The notes under the pieces: model-generated
Told to the model about the DNA's origin: nothing
Database searches by the model: none
The model's input: only the letters and a program-made list of their open reading frames with translations
NCBI GenBank assembly: GCA_018057705.1
Contig: JAGPDF010000016.1
Coordinates: forward strand, 5,016-69,015
Direction of reading: 5' to 3'
DNA from: Thermoanaerobaculia bacterium
GTDB taxonomy: Bacteria; Acidobacteriota; Thermoanaerobaculia; Multivoradales; JAGPDF01
DNA length: 64,000 nt
Shown here: positions 17,918 to 28,111 of the stretch, one piece after another
Position numbering within the stretch: position 1 is the first letter of the stretch
Layout of the letters: each line of letters opens with the position of its first letter
Made by a program: the position numbers and the translations under genes

Positions 17918-18534
17918 CTCCCGTCGAATCGCGCCGCCTCGTCGTCGGCCTCGGAAACCCGGGGGAATCCTATGTCCGGACCCGGCACAACGTCGGCTTC
18001 CAGGTCGTCGAGCGGCTGGCGTTTCTGCACGCGGTCGCCGGTTTCCGCGAAGAGTGCGGCTCCGTGGTCGGTTCGCTTGGGGATTGGCTGTTCTGCCAGC
18101 CGCGCACCTACATGAACCGCAGCGGCAGCGCCGTTCGCTGTCTCTGCGAGAGTCTCGATCTCGCGCCCGGCGCCGTTCTCGTGGTGTACGACGACGTGCA
18201 TCTTCCGCTCGGCAAGCTTCGGTTGCGCGCCGGTGGCAGCGCCGCCGGCCACCGCGGTCTCGAATCGATCATCGAATCGCTGCAGACCGAGGCGGTGCCG
18301 CGGCTGCGGCTCGGCGTCGGCGCGCCGCCTCAAGGCCTGGGAGAAAGAGGTCTGGCGGATTTCGTCCTGGCCGAGTTTCTCGCCGACGAGGAGCCGGCGG
18401 TGACAGCGATGGTCGAGCGTGCTTCGCGAGCGGCGACAGCCTGGCTGGCGGAGGGCATCGAGGCCGCGATGAACCTGGCGAACGCGCCCGAGCCGCCGGC
18501 CCCCGACTTGCCGGAAGGCGCCCGAAGCGAATAG
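17917..18534 (+). CDS. pth: peptidyl-tRNA hydrolase
   Basis: Contains the conserved motifs LVVGLGNPGESYVRTRHNVGF and YMNRSG. The start coordinate is approximate because no ATG, GTG or TTG lies in frame between the rplY stop and the conserved N-terminus. Confidence 0.7.
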   Translation, partial: TPVESRRLVVGLGNPGESYVRTRHNVGFQVVERLAFLHAVAGFREECGSVVGSLGDWLFCQPRTYMNRSGSAVRCLCESLDLAPGAVLVVYDDVHLPLGKLRLRAGGSAAGHRGLESIIESLQTEAVPRLRLGVGAPPQGLGERGLADFVLAEFLADEEPAVTAMVERASRAATAWLAEGIEAAMNLANAPEPPAPDLPEGARSE

Positions 18535-18649
18535 AATCTCAGATCCCCGCGGGTGGACACCAACCCGCCGGTGACGAGGGTGTACCGAGTCGCTGTTCCT
18601 TCCTGTTCCGCACATTGCGCGGGACCTCACGGCCATAGGGAGGGCTAGA

Positions 18650-19183
18650 GTGAGAACGTATGAACTGGCGCTGGTCGCCGATCCGAGACTCTCGGACGAC
18701 GATGTGACGGCGCTCTCCACGGAGTTGAAGCAGCTCATCACCAGCCGAGGCGGAGAAGTTCTCCGCGAAGAGAGCTGGGGCCGGCGGAAGCTCGCCTATC
18801 CGATCCGCAAGCTCACCGAAGGTCGCTACCTCTTCCTTTTCGTCCAGATCGAGCCGGCGAAGGCCGGTCTCCTCAAGGAAGTGGAGATGCGACTCAACCA
18901 GAACGACAAGATCCTGCGCTACCTCACGGTGCGAACCGACGAGGATTTGAAGCGCGCAGCCGGACGGGCGAAGCCCGGCGAGGCTCCGCCGCGCACGGGT
19001 GGGTACTACGACGTCGATCCGGCAGTCGCTGCAGCGGCAGCAGCCGCCGCCGCGACCGCGGAGGCGGCTGCCGCTCCCGAGGTCCCCGAGGCCGCAGCGG
19101 CTGGTGTCGCTGAGGGAGCCGTTGTCGTCGCCCCCGAAGTGGTCGCAGCCGCTGAACCTGTTCCCGGCACCGAGGAGGCCTGA
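18650..19183 (+). CDS. rpsF: 30S ribosomal protein S6
   Basis: The product begins [19 protein letters not shown] and has an Ala/Glu-rich tail. A GTG start is preceded by GGGAGGG. Confidence 0.9.
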   Translation: MRTYELALVADPRLSDDDVTALSTELKQLITSRGGEVLREESWGRRKLAYPIRKLTEGRYLFLFVQIEPAKAGLLKEVEMRLNQNDKILRYLTVRTDEDLKRAAGRAKPGEAPPRTGGYYDVDPAVAAAAAAAAATAEAAAAPEVPEAAAAGVAEGAVVVAPEVVAAAEPVPGTEEA

Positions 19184-19185
19184 GC

Positions 19186-19476
19186 ATGCAACCGTTCAAG
19201 TCAGGTCCGCGTGGTGGCAAGAAGGGCCCGGGCAAGGGCAAGCCGGCGGCGAAGAAGAAGACGTTCTTCCGCCGCAAGAAGGTCTGCCGCTTCACTGTCG
19301 AGCACATCGAGTACATCGACTACAAGGACGTGAAGCTCCTCCAGCAGTACATTCTCGAGCGCGCCAAGATCCTGCCGCGTCGGATCTCCGGCAACAGCGC
19401 CCGGCACCAGCGAATGGTGCAGGCGGCCATCAAGCGCGCACGCCATCTGGCGCTGATTCCCTACACGACCGACTAG
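19186..19476 (+). CDS. rpsR: 30S ribosomal protein S18
   Basis: Contains [30 protein letters not shown], the canonical S18 sequence. Confidence 0.9.
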   Translation: MQPFKSGPRGGKKGPGKGKPAAKKKTFFRRKKVCRFTVEHIEYIDYKDVKLLQQYILERAKILPRRISGNSARHQRMVQAAIKRARHLALIPYTTD

Positions 19477-19485
19477 GAGCCGGAG

Positions 19486-19932
19486 ATGAAAGTCATCCTG
19501 ATGAGCGATTTGCGTCACCGCGGCCGGCGCGGGCAGGTGGTCGAAGTCAAGCCCGGATTCGCACGCAACTTCCTGTTGCCGCAGGGGCTGGCCCTTCTGG
19601 CTTCGCCGGGCAACATCAAGCGCTTCGAGCACGAGAAGAAGAAGATCGACGCGCGCCACGATGCCGCCCTCGAGATCGCCAACGCAGCAGCCGCAGAGAT
19701 CACGGCCGTCAAGCTCGAGCTGAAGAAGAGGGCCATGGAGACCGGCACGCTGTACGGCTCGGTCTCGGTCGCCGACATCGTCACGGCCCTGCACGAGAAG
19801 GGCATCGAGGTCGATCGCCGGCAGGTCGACCTGGTCGGTGGCATCAAGTCGGTCGGCGACCATGTCGTCCGCATCGAGTTGCATGCCGACGTCGTGGCGG
19901 AGCTGGCCGTAGCCGTCGCCGCCGCAGACTAG
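19486..19932 (+). CDS. rplI: 50S ribosomal protein L9
   Basis: The product begins MKVILMSDLRHRGRRGQVVEVKPGFARNFLLPQGLA. Confidence 0.9.
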   Translation: MKVILMSDLRHRGRRGQVVEVKPGFARNFLLPQGLALLASPGNIKRFEHEKKKIDARHDAALEIANAAAAEITAVKLELKKRAMETGTLYGSVSVADIVTALHEKGIEVDRRQVDLVGGIKSVGDHVVRIELHADVVAELAVAVAAAD

Positions 19933-19936
19933 TTGC

Positions 19937-21142
19937 GTGAAGGGAAGCGAGCCGCATCGCGAGGCCCAACCTGGTGCGGGCGCTTCCCGGCCGTCGATCG
20001 AGAGATTTCTCGGCGACCCCACGAGAAGCATCGAAGACTGGCGATGGCTGTGGGCCGGAGACGAGTCGTTTCCGATTCGCAGCCATCGCGGTTTTCTGGG
20101 CCGGTTCGTCGTCTTCCTCAAGCGGGTGGCGCGCCCTCTGGTGCAGGCCCCGCAGCGCGACCTCTGGGACCGCCAGCGGGTCTTCAATCTCGTCCTGCTC
20201 GAGTACCTGCAACGCGGCGAAGACATCCGCAAGCAGGTCACCGAGGTCCACGAGCACCGTATCAACCACCTGGATGCGGTCTACCGTGAAGGCCTGAACG
20301 AGATCATGCAGCACAACGACGCGCTCTTCGCGCGCGTCGACCAGAAGCTCGATTTCCTCCGCAGCGAGACGCGCACGATCTGGGGCCGCCTGGGTGCAGC
20401 CCTGGCGATCGCCGAGAAGGGCGGCCTGCCGGCCGTCGTCAAGGCGCAGGAGGAGCACGTCTACGTCGAGCTGGAGCGGCGTTACCGCGGCACCGAGGAG
20501 GAGATCGGCGAGCGCATCTCGCGCTTCCTGCCGAACCTCGCGGGTCGCGACGAAGTGCTCGATCTCGGGTGCGGGCGGGGCGAGGCCCTCGCGGTGCTGC
20601 GCGGCAGCGGGATCGCCGCCCGCGGCGTCGATCTGTCGGCCTCGATGGTCGCCGAGTGCCGCCGCAAGGGTCTCGACGCCGAGGAGGGCGACCTGCTGGA
20701 GTATCTGGCCGGGGTCCCCGCGGGACGGTTCGGCGGCATCGTCTCGTTCCACGTCATCGAACACCTGCCACCCGAAGTGCTCGACCGCCTCGTGCGGCTC
20801 GCCTGGAGGGCGCTGCGGCCCGGGGGCGTGCTGATCCTCGAGACGCCCAATCCGCTCTCCCTGGTGGTGGCGGCGCGCAACTTCTGGCTCGATCCCACCC
20901 ACAAGCGGCCGGTGCACCCGGAGAGTCTCAAGCTGAGTCTCGAGTTGGCCGGTTTCGATCCGGTCGAGCGCATCGACCTGCGTCCGTTCCCGGAGGTCGA
21001 GCGCCTGCCCGAGATCCGCGTCGACACCGTCGCCGCCGAGCAGCGTGCCCTCGCCTTCGAGATCAACCTGCTGCGCGACAAGGTCGACGATCTGCTCTTC
21101 GGCTGCCAGGACTACGCGATCATCGCCAGCAAGCCGGTCTGA
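19937..21142 (+). CDS. class I SAM-dependent methyltransferase with N-terminal helical domain
   Basis: Carries the SAM motif VLDLGCGRGE, after which the Methyltransf_11-like region runs to PGGVLILETPN. The N-terminal half is a ~180 aa coiled-coil-like region. A GTG start lies 5 nt after the rplI stop. Confidence 0.6.
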   Translation: MKGSEPHREAQPGAGASRPSIERFLGDPTRSIEDWRWLWAGDESFPIRSHRGFLGRFVVFLKRVARPLVQAPQRDLWDRQRVFNLVLLEYLQRGEDIRKQVTEVHEHRINHLDAVYREGLNEIMQHNDALFARVDQKLDFLRSETRTIWGRLGAALAIAEKGGLPAVVKAQEEHVYVELERRYRGTEEEIGERISRFLPNLAGRDEVLDLGCGRGEALAVLRGSGIAARGVDLSASMVAECRRKGLDAEEGDLLEYLAGVPAGRFGGIVSFHVIEHLPPEVLDRLVRLAWRALRPGGVLILETPNPLSLVVAARNFWLDPTHKRPVHPESLKLSLELAGFDPVERIDLRPFPEVERLPEIRVDTVAAEQRALAFEINLLRDKVDDLLFGCQDYAIIASKPV

Positions 21143-21149
21143 ACCTCGA

Positions 21150-23618
21150 CTAGTTCTCCGCGGTGTCGTCCTCGGCGGTCTCGGTGGGGAAGTTCTCCGC
21201 CGTCAGCCCATCGGGCATGCGCTCGCGCTCCTTGGCGGAGTAGAACGGACGCTGCTGCGCCCAGGGCAGATCCAGAATCCGTCCCCAGCGCGCCTCGTAG
21301 AGTCGATCGGGGCCGGTGCCGGCGATGAAGGCTTCCTGGATCGTCCGCTCGGCGGCCGGCGTCGCGGCGAGCCCGGTGCGGTATTCGACGCTGCGGAACT
21401 CGACGCCGGGCGGCGCGACGAACTGCTCGCCCTCCATCAGCCAGCCGTCGCGCAGACCGCTTTCCGCGATCTCACGCCAGATCGGCAGCGCGGCTTCGGC
21501 GCCGGTCATCTTCTTGCCGAGGGAACGCTTCTGGTCGTACCCGACCCAGACCAGGATGGTGAAACGCGGCGTGTAGCCGACGAACCACGCGTCGGTGTAG
21601 TCGTTGGTGGTCCCCGTCTTGCCGGCGATGTCGAGCGGCAGGTCGGCGAGCCGGGCGCCGGTGCCGCGATCGATCACCCCCTGGAGCATCGAAGTCAGGA
21701 CGAACGCCGTCGCCGGCTCGACCGCCTTGACCGCTTCGGCTTCGTGCCGTTCGAGGGTGCCGCCGCTGCCGGAGAGCACCCGCTCCACCAGATAGGGCTT
21801 CACCAGGACTCCCTGGTTGGCGAAGGTGGCGTAGGCGGCGGCGACCTCCATCGGCACCAGATCGGCCGAGCCGAGGGCGAGGCTGGGATAGGGGGGGAGT
21901 GGCGTCGTGATGCCGCAGCGGCGCGCGAAGTCGATGGCCCTCTGCGCGCCGACGAGGTCCATGAGCTTGACGGAAGTCACGTTGACGGAAAGCTCGAGTG
22001 CGCGGCGCAGGGTCAGCAGGCCGTAGTAACGGCGATAGTAGTTCCGCGGGCTGTAGGTCGGCAGGCCGTCGGCGCCGGGGAAGAGCGCGGGGGCGTCGAA
22101 CAGGGTATCCGCGGCAGTGAATCCGTTTTCGAGCGCGGCGCCGAAGACGAACGGCTTGAACGACGAACCGACCTGGCGCAGGGCCTGGGTAGCGCGGTTG
22201 AAGCGGCTGCGGCGGAAGTCCCAGCCGCCGACCATGGCGCGCACGGCGCCCGTGGCCGACTCGAGGACCAGGACGGCGCCCTCCACCTCGGGCTCCTGTT
22301 CCAGCCGCCAGTAGGGTTCGCCGGGCTTCTTCGGCTCCTCGGCCTCCCGGAACCAGGCGAGATCGCCGACTTTCAGGATCTCGGACGGCGCCCGGCGCCC
22401 CGTCCAGGCGATCCCGGGTGTTCTCACCGCGATCGCTCCCTCCGGGGTCCGGACCCGGGCCTCGAGCGGGCCGGTCTCGAGGACCAGCCCCGGAACCCAG
22501 GAGTCGGGCATCGGGTTCCTCCCGGCGGCGCTCTCGATGGCGTCGCCCTCGAGGTCGAGCCGCTGGGCGCGCAGGATCGGACCGCGATAGCCGCGCCGGT
22601 GGTCCAGGCGCAGCAGACCCGTGCGGAGCGCCTGCTCGGCTGCCGCCTGGATGGCCAGGTCGAGCGTCGTCTGGACCTGCAGACCTTCGTGGTAGAGCCG
22701 GTCGACGCCGTAGGTCTTCTCGAGGTGCTTGCGGACCTCCTCGGCGAAGAACGGTCCGACGTCGGCCGGGCGGGGCGACCGCACGACGGCGAGCGGGCTC
22801 GCGACGGCCTGGCGATGGTCGGCCTCTGAGATGAACCTCTCGGCGAGCATCCGGTTGAGCACGTAGTTGCGGCGCGCCACCACTCGGTCCGGGTGCCGGA
22901 ACGGGCTGAACTGGCTCGGCCGCTGCACGATGCCGGCGAGCGTGGCGGCCTGCGGCAAGGTCAGCTCTCCGACACCGTGGCCGAAATAGGCGCGGGCGGC
23001 GCTCTCCATGCCGTAGTTGGCGTGGCCCAGGAAGACCACGTTGCAGTACATCGTGAGGATCTGTTGTTTGGAGAGCTGCTTCTCGAGCTCGACAGCGAGA
23101 AAGGCCTCGGAGACCTTGCGCCGCCAGCTCTTCTCGTCGGTGAGGAAGAGCTTCCGGGCGAGCTGCATGGTGATCGTGGAGGCCCCCTGGGCGTGGCGGC
23201 CACGGCGCAGGTTCACCGCGATCGAGCGCAGGATGCCGAGCGCGTCGATGCCGCCGTGGCGGAAGAAGTTGCCGTCCTCGGCCGCGAGAATGGCGTCGCG
23301 CAGCAGGGGTGGGATCTCCCCCTGGTCGAGCATCAGTCGCCGTTCGCGGGCGTAGGAGGCGAAGGCGACGGTGCCGGCGCGGTCGTGGATCTGGGTGACC
23401 AGCTTCGGACTGAAGCTGGCGATCGAGTCCACCTGGGGAACATGGATCGCCGCGGCGAAGCCCACGCCGGCGGCGACGCCGCAGGCAGCGGTGGCGAGGA
23501 ACTGCAGGAGATAGCGGCGCTTGCGGCGGGGCTTGCGGGTCGCAACAGGCGACGGGGCCACCGCCCGCACGAGGGACGGCTCGTCAGGCGGTACCGACGA
23601 AGAACTCACGTCGGTCAT
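21150..23618 (-). CDS. mrcA: penicillin-binding protein 1A (bifunctional glycosyltransferase/transpeptidase)
   Basis: The GT51 domain shows the motifs EDGNFFRHGGID and QGASTITMQLAR, and the transpeptidase domain shows the SSFKP and KTGTT motifs. The product is 822 aa. Confidence 0.9.
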   Translation of the reverse strand: MTDVSSSSVPPDEPSLVRAVAPSPVATRKPRRKRRYLLQFLATAACGVAAGVGFAAAIHVPQVDSIASFSPKLVTQIHDRAGTVAFASYARERRLMLDQGEIPPLLRDAILAAEDGNFFRHGGIDALGILRSIAVNLRRGRHAQGASTITMQLARKLFLTDEKSWRRKVSEAFLAVELEKQLSKQQILTMYCNVVFLGHANYGMESAARAYFGHGVGELTLPQAATLAGIVQRPSQFSPFRHPDRVVARRNYVLNRMLAERFISEADHRQAVASPLAVVRSPRPADVGPFFAEEVRKHLEKTYGVDRLYHEGLQVQTTLDLAIQAAAEQALRTGLLRLDHRRGYRGPILRAQRLDLEGDAIESAAGRNPMPDSWVPGLVLETGPLEARVRTPEGAIAVRTPGIAWTGRRAPSEILKVGDLAWFREAEEPKKPGEPYWRLEQEPEVEGAVLVLESATGAVRAMVGGWDFRRSRFNRATQALRQVGSSFKPFVFGAALENGFTAADTLFDAPALFPGADGLPTYSPRNYYRRYYGLLTLRRALELSVNVTSVKLMDLVGAQRAIDFARRCGITTPLPPYPSLALGSADLVPMEVAAAYATFANQGVLVKPYLVERVLSGSGGTLERHEAEAVKAVEPATAFVLTSMLQGVIDRGTGARLADLPLDIAGKTGTTNDYTDAWFVGYTPRFTILVWVGYDQKRSLGKKMTGAEAALPIWREIAESGLRDGWLMEGEQFVAPPGVEFRSVEYRTGLAATPAAERTIQEAFIAGTGPDRLYEARWGRILDLPWAQQRPFYSAKERERMPDGLTAENFPTETAEDDTAEN

Positions 23619-23634
23619 TATAGTCTTCGCTGCG

Positions 23635-24195
23635 ATGGAGGACCGAGCGATGAACGATTCCCTGCCACCCCTGCCGGAGCCTCACGCGAAACCGTTCGCC
23701 CCCGAGAAGATCGCCGGCGGCGGCGGTTGCCAGAGGCCCCTGCTGGTCGGATGCGGTGTCCTGGCGCTGCTCCTCGGGATCGCCGCGGTGGTCTTCGTCG
23801 TCAAGGCCAAGGACGTCCTCGCCTACGCCATCAACCAGCTGCGGACGGAAGTGATGACGCATCTTCCCGAGGACGCTCCGGAGACCGAGCGCCAGCGCCT
23901 CGAGACCGCCTTCGACGCCGCCCTCACCCGCATGCGCAGCGGTGAGCTCGAGCCGGCGTCGCTGCAGGAGCTGCAGAAGAAGCTCACCGCTGCGGCCTCG
24001 GCCGCTTCGACCCGAAACCTGACTCGCGAGGAGCTCGCCGGTCTGATCGGGGCGCTGGACAAGTTCAATCGGGTGGGCACCCCCGCCCCGGCAGGCGTTC
24101 CCGCAGGGGAGCCGGTGGCCCCGGCGGCCGCGCCTTCCGACCCGCCGGGCGGCGCGACGGCGCCCGGCGAGGCGACGAAGCCTCCGGCTCCTTGA
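23635..24195 (+). CDS. hypothetical single-pass membrane protein
   Basis: The ORF contains the TM helix [21 protein letters not shown] and ends adjacent to the uvrB start. The start was chosen at the ATG just outside the mrcA start codon. I found no recognizable domain. Confidence 0.35.
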   Translation: MEDRAMNDSLPPLPEPHAKPFAPEKIAGGGGCQRPLLVGCGVLALLLGIAAVVFVVKAKDVLAYAINQLRTEVMTHLPEDAPETERQRLETAFDAALTRMRSGELEPASLQELQKKLTAAASAASTRNLTREELAGLIGALDKFNRVGTPAPAGVPAGEPVAPAAAPSDPPGGATAPGEATKPPAP

Positions 24196-26183
24196 ATCGC
24201 TTCGAGCTCGTCTCCCCGTTCTCTCCCCAGGGCGATCAGCCGGCGGCGATCGAACAGCTCGCCCTCGGCCTCGAGCGCGGCGAGAAGGAGCAGGTCCTGC
24301 TCGGGGTCACCGGCTCCGGCAAGACGTTCTCGATCGCCAAGGTCGTCGAGCGCGTGAACCGGCCGACGCTCGTGCTGTCGCACAACAAGACCCTCGCCGC
24401 CCAGCTCTTCCAGGAGTTCCGGAGTTTCTTCCCGCACAACGCCGTCGAGTACTTCGTCTCCTACTACGACTACTACCAGCCAGAGGCCTACGTTCCGCAG
24501 TCGGACACCTATATCGAGAAGGAAACCAACATCAACGAGGAGATCGACCGCCTGCGTCTGCGCGCCACCAAGGCGCTGTTCGAGCGCCGGGACGTGCTGC
24601 TCGTCGCGTCGGTGTCCTGCATCTACGGCCTGGGCTCGCCGGAGTCGTTCTTCGGGATGCTGGAGTTCTTCGAAAAGGGGAGCGCGACCGGCATGGACCG
24701 GGCGCTCGCCCGCCTGGTCGCCATGCAGTACCAGCGCACCTCGCTCGACCTCTTTCACGGCAGTTTCCGGGTCCGCGGCGACATTCTCGAAGTGCTGCCG
24801 GCGTACGAGGACAACGCCCTGCGCATCGAGTACTTCGGCGACGAGATCGAGCGCATCACGCGCTTCGACCCGCTGCGCGGCGAGGCGATCGAGCTGCTCG
24901 ACCGGGTCGCCGTCTTCCCGCGCACCCACTACGTGACGCCGAAGGAGAACCTCGAGCGCGCCATCGGCTCGATCCAGCGCGAGCTCCGGGCGCGCCTCGA
25001 CGAGCTCGAAGCGGAAGGCAAGCTCCTCGAGCGCCAGCGTCTCGAGCAGCGCACGCGGTTCGATCTCGAGATGCTCAAGGAGACGGGCTACTGCCACGGC
25101 ATCGAGAACTACTCCCGGCATCTCTCGGGGCGCCAGGCCGGAGAGGCGCCACCGACGCTCCTCGACTACTTCCCGCAGGATTTCCTGCTGATCGCCGACG
25201 AGAGCCACCAGACCCTGCCGCAGGTGCGCGGCATGTTCCACGGCGACCGCTCGCGCAAGCAAACGCTGGTGGATTTCGGTTTCCGTCTGCCCTCGGCGCT
25301 CGACAACCGGCCGTTGACCTTCGAGGAGTTCGACGCCCGGATCGGGCAGCGGATCTACGTTTCGGCCACGCCAGCGCCGTGGGAGCTGGCGCGGGTCGGC
25401 GGCGTGGTGGCGGAACAGCTCATCCGGCCGACCGGCCTCCTCGACCCCGAGATCGAGATCCGGCCGGCGAAGGGGCAGGTGGACGACCTGCTCGAGCGCA
25501 TCCGCGAGGTCAGCGCGCGCGGCGAGCGGACTCTGGTGACGACCCTCACCAAGAAGATGGCGGAGGAGCTCACGCAGTACCTCATGGAGTGCGGCGTCCG
25601 GGTGCGTTACCTGCACAGCGACGTCGAGACGCTCGAACGCTCGGCCATCATCACCTCGCTGCGCCGCGGCGAGTTCGACGTTCTGATCGGGATCAACCTG
25701 CTGCGTGAGGGGCTCGACCTGCCGGAGGTGTCGCTGGTCGCGATCCTCGACGCCGACAAGGAGGGGTTCCTGCGCAGCGAGACGGCGCTCATTCAGACCT
25801 CCGGGCGCGCGGCGCGCAACCTCAACGGCAAGGTCGTTCTCTACGCGGACGTCGAAACGAACTCCATCCGCCGCACGGTCGCGGAGACCGGCCGCCGCCG
25901 GGTTCGACAGGAGACCTACAACCGCGAGCACGGCATCGAGCCGCGGACGATCCTCAAGGACATCCACAGCCCGCTGGTGGCGATGAGCAACCTCGACTAC
26001 TCGGCCGGCCTGAGCTCCCGGCTGCTCGAGGTGGCCGACGGTCCCGAAGTGCCGCTCGCGCAGCGCATCGCCAGAGTGGAGAAGGAGATGAAGGCGGCGG
26101 CCAAGCGCCTCGAGTTCGAGGAAGCGGCGCAGTTGCGCGACCGCCTGAAGGAGCTTCGCGAGCAGCAGATCTATGTCGGATGA
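24192..26183 (+). CDS. uvrB: excinuclease ABC subunit B
   Basis: Has the Walker A motif GVTGSGKTF, two helicase domains and a C-terminal UVR domain, starts at a TTG codon, and is 663 aa. Confidence 0.95.
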   Translation: MNRFELVSPFSPQGDQPAAIEQLALGLERGEKEQVLLGVTGSGKTFSIAKVVERVNRPTLVLSHNKTLAAQLFQEFRSFFPHNAVEYFVSYYDYYQPEAYVPQSDTYIEKETNINEEIDRLRLRATKALFERRDVLLVASVSCIYGLGSPESFFGMLEFFEKGSATGMDRALARLVAMQYQRTSLDLFHGSFRVRGDILEVLPAYEDNALRIEYFGDEIERITRFDPLRGEAIELLDRVAVFPRTHYVTPKENLERAIGSIQRELRARLDELEAEGKLLERQRLEQRTRFDLEMLKETGYCHGIENYSRHLSGRQAGEAPPTLLDYFPQDFLLIADESHQTLPQVRGMFHGDRSRKQTLVDFGFRLPSALDNRPLTFEEFDARIGQRIYVSATPAPWELARVGGVVAEQLIRPTGLLDPEIEIRPAKGQVDDLLERIREVSARGERTLVTTLTKKMAEELTQYLMECGVRVRYLHSDVETLERSAIITSLRRGEFDVLIGINLLREGLDLPEVSLVAILDADKEGFLRSETALIQTSGRAARNLNGKVVLYADVETNSIRRTVAETGRRRVRQETYNREHGIEPRTILKDIHSPLVAMSNLDYSAGLSSRLLEVADGPEVPLAQRIARVEKEMKAAAKRLEFEEAAQLRDRLKELREQQIYVG

Positions 26184-26219
26184 GACGCTGACGAGGCCGC
26201 TCCCGGTGCCGACGGTCTG

Positions 26220-28100
26220 ATGCACGACGATCTTCGCCGGCAGATCGAGGCGCTTCCGGACACCCCCGGTATCTACGTCTTCCGCAACCTCGCCGGCGAG
26301 GCGCTCTACGTCGGCAAGGCGAAGTCTCTGCGCAAGCGGGTGCCCGCCTACCTCGGGCGGGATCTCGAGCCCCGGCTGGCGGCGATGATCGAGCTCGCGG
26401 TTTCGGTCGAGTGCGTGGCAACGGCGACCGAGGCCGCCGCGCTGATGCTCGAGAACAACTGGATCAAGCGCCACCGGCCGCGCTACAACGTCCTCCTCCG
26501 GGACGACAAGACCTACCCCTACCTCAAGCTGACCCGGGAACCCTGGCCCCGGCTGGTCTTCACCCGCCGGATCCGCCAGGACGGCGCCGAGTACTTCGGT
26601 CCCTACCTGCCCGGCGGCCTGGCCCGACGGGCCCTGAAGCTGGTTCAGAAACTCTTCGGCGTGCGCGTCTGCTCGATCGAGATCGACGGCGGCCTGCCGC
26701 GCCCGTGTCTCTATCACGACATGAAGCGCTGCCTGGGCCCCTGTGTCGCCGGCCTGACCTCGAGCGCCGAGTACGCCGAGGCCGTCGAGGGCGCGCGGCT
26801 CTTTCTCGGCGGCAAGACGGCGCCGCTCTGCAAGAGCCTGCGGACGCAGATGGAAGCCGCCGCCGAGAACCTCGAGTTCGAGCGTGCCGCGCGGCTGCGC
26901 GACCTCCTGGCGGAGATCGAGCGCCAGTCGAGCCGTTCGCCGCTCTCGTCGGTGCACGAGGAGGACATCGACCTGTTCGGCGTCGCGGTACACGGCAACC
27001 AGGCGGCGGTTTCGATCCTCGTCATGCGCTCCGGACAGGTGCTCGACCGGCGGGAGGTCTTCTGGGAGGGCGAGAGCGCCGCCAGCCCGCCGCAGTTGCT
27101 GTCGGAGCTCCTGCCCCAGATCTACGACCTCACGACCTTTCTGCCCAAGGAGCTCCATCTGCCTTTCGAAGTGGACGGCGAAGAGGCGCTCGCCGACTGG
27201 ATGTCGGAGCGCAAGGGCGAGCGCGTCTACCTGCGCCATCCCGAGCGCGGCCCGAAGGCGGAACGGCTGCGGATCGCGGCCAAGGACGCCGAGTTCGCCT
27301 TCCGCCGGCGCTATCGCCTCGATCCGTCGCGCGACGCCGCGCCGCGCGCTCTGGCCCGGCACCTCGGCCTCGCCAAGCCGCCTCGGTGGATCGAAGGCTT
27401 CGACATCTCGAACCTCCAGGGCACGGCCGTGATCGCCTCGATGGTGGTCTGGCGGGACGGCCGCATCCGCAAGGGGGAGTACCGCAGCTTCAACATCCGC
27501 AGCTTCGTCGGCCAGGACGACTTCCGCTCGATCGGCGAGGCGGTCGAGCGCCGCTACCGCCGGCTGCGCGAGGAGTCCGGCGTCTTTCCCGACCTGGTGC
27601 TGATCGACGGCGGCCGCGGACAGCTCGGGGCCGCCGCCGCCGCGCTCGCCGGCCTCCAGCTCGAGGACCTGCCGCTGGTCTCGATCGCCAAACGCGAGGA
27701 GGAGCTCTACCTGCCCGGGGCGCCGGAACCGCTCCGGTTGCCTCGCCGCGACGAAGGCCTGCGTCTGCTGCAGATGCTGCGCGACGAGGCTCACCGTTTC
27801 GCCATCTCGAAGCACCGGCGCCAACGCACGACCGGCTCCCTGCGCAGCCGCCTGGAGGAGATTCCTGGCGTCGGTCCGGTGCGACGAAGGCTCCTCGCGC
27901 ATCGCTATGGCACCTGGGAGAGACTGAGCGCGGCGCCTCTCCCGGAGCTCGAGGCGGTGCTCGGCCGCGCTCTCGGCGGTGCCGTCCACCGGCACCTGAC
28001 CGAGGTCGCCGCGCTCGCAGCCGGCGCCCCCGCCGCAGCTCCGGCGCTGCCAGCCGCCGACGCGGCCGATGCCGATGCCGACTCGCGCAGGATCGACTAG
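26220..28100 (+). CDS. uvrC: excinuclease ABC subunit C
   Basis: The N-terminus carries the GIY-YIG motif (PGIYVFRN...LYVGKA), followed by a UvrC homology region and a C-terminal HhH domain. Confidence 0.9.
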   Translation: MHDDLRRQIEALPDTPGIYVFRNLAGEALYVGKAKSLRKRVPAYLGRDLEPRLAAMIELAVSVECVATATEAAALMLENNWIKRHRPRYNVLLRDDKTYPYLKLTREPWPRLVFTRRIRQDGAEYFGPYLPGGLARRALKLVQKLFGVRVCSIEIDGGLPRPCLYHDMKRCLGPCVAGLTSSAEYAEAVEGARLFLGGKTAPLCKSLRTQMEAAAENLEFERAARLRDLLAEIERQSSRSPLSSVHEEDIDLFGVAVHGNQAAVSILVMRSGQVLDRREVFWEGESAASPPQLLSELLPQIYDLTTFLPKELHLPFEVDGEEALADWMSERKGERVYLRHPERGPKAERLRIAAKDAEFAFRRRYRLDPSRDAAPRALARHLGLAKPPRWIEGFDISNLQGTAVIASMVVWRDGRIRKGEYRSFNIRSFVGQDDFRSIGEAVERRYRRLREESGVFPDLVLIDGGRGQLGAAAAALAGLQLEDLPLVSIAKREEELYLPGAPEPLRLPRRDEGLRLLQMLRDEAHRFAISKHRRQRTTGSLRSRLEEIPGVGPVRRRLLAHRYGTWERLSAAPLPELEAVLGRALGGAVHRHLTEVAALAAGAPAAAPALPAADAADADADSRRID

Positions 28101-28111
28101 ACTCTCCAGCC

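Noticed and set aside
23521-23634. N-terminal 38 codons of ORF 23521..24195.
   Set aside because: This stretch overlaps the mrcA start codon region on the opposite strand. An in-frame ATG at 23635 gives a start outside mrcA.
26411-28111. Upstream 1.7 kb of ORF 26411..29614.
   Set aside because: This stretch is an out-of-frame overlap of uvrC with Arg-rich junk. The real protein (DUF4388/J-domain) starts at 28112 after the uvrC stop.
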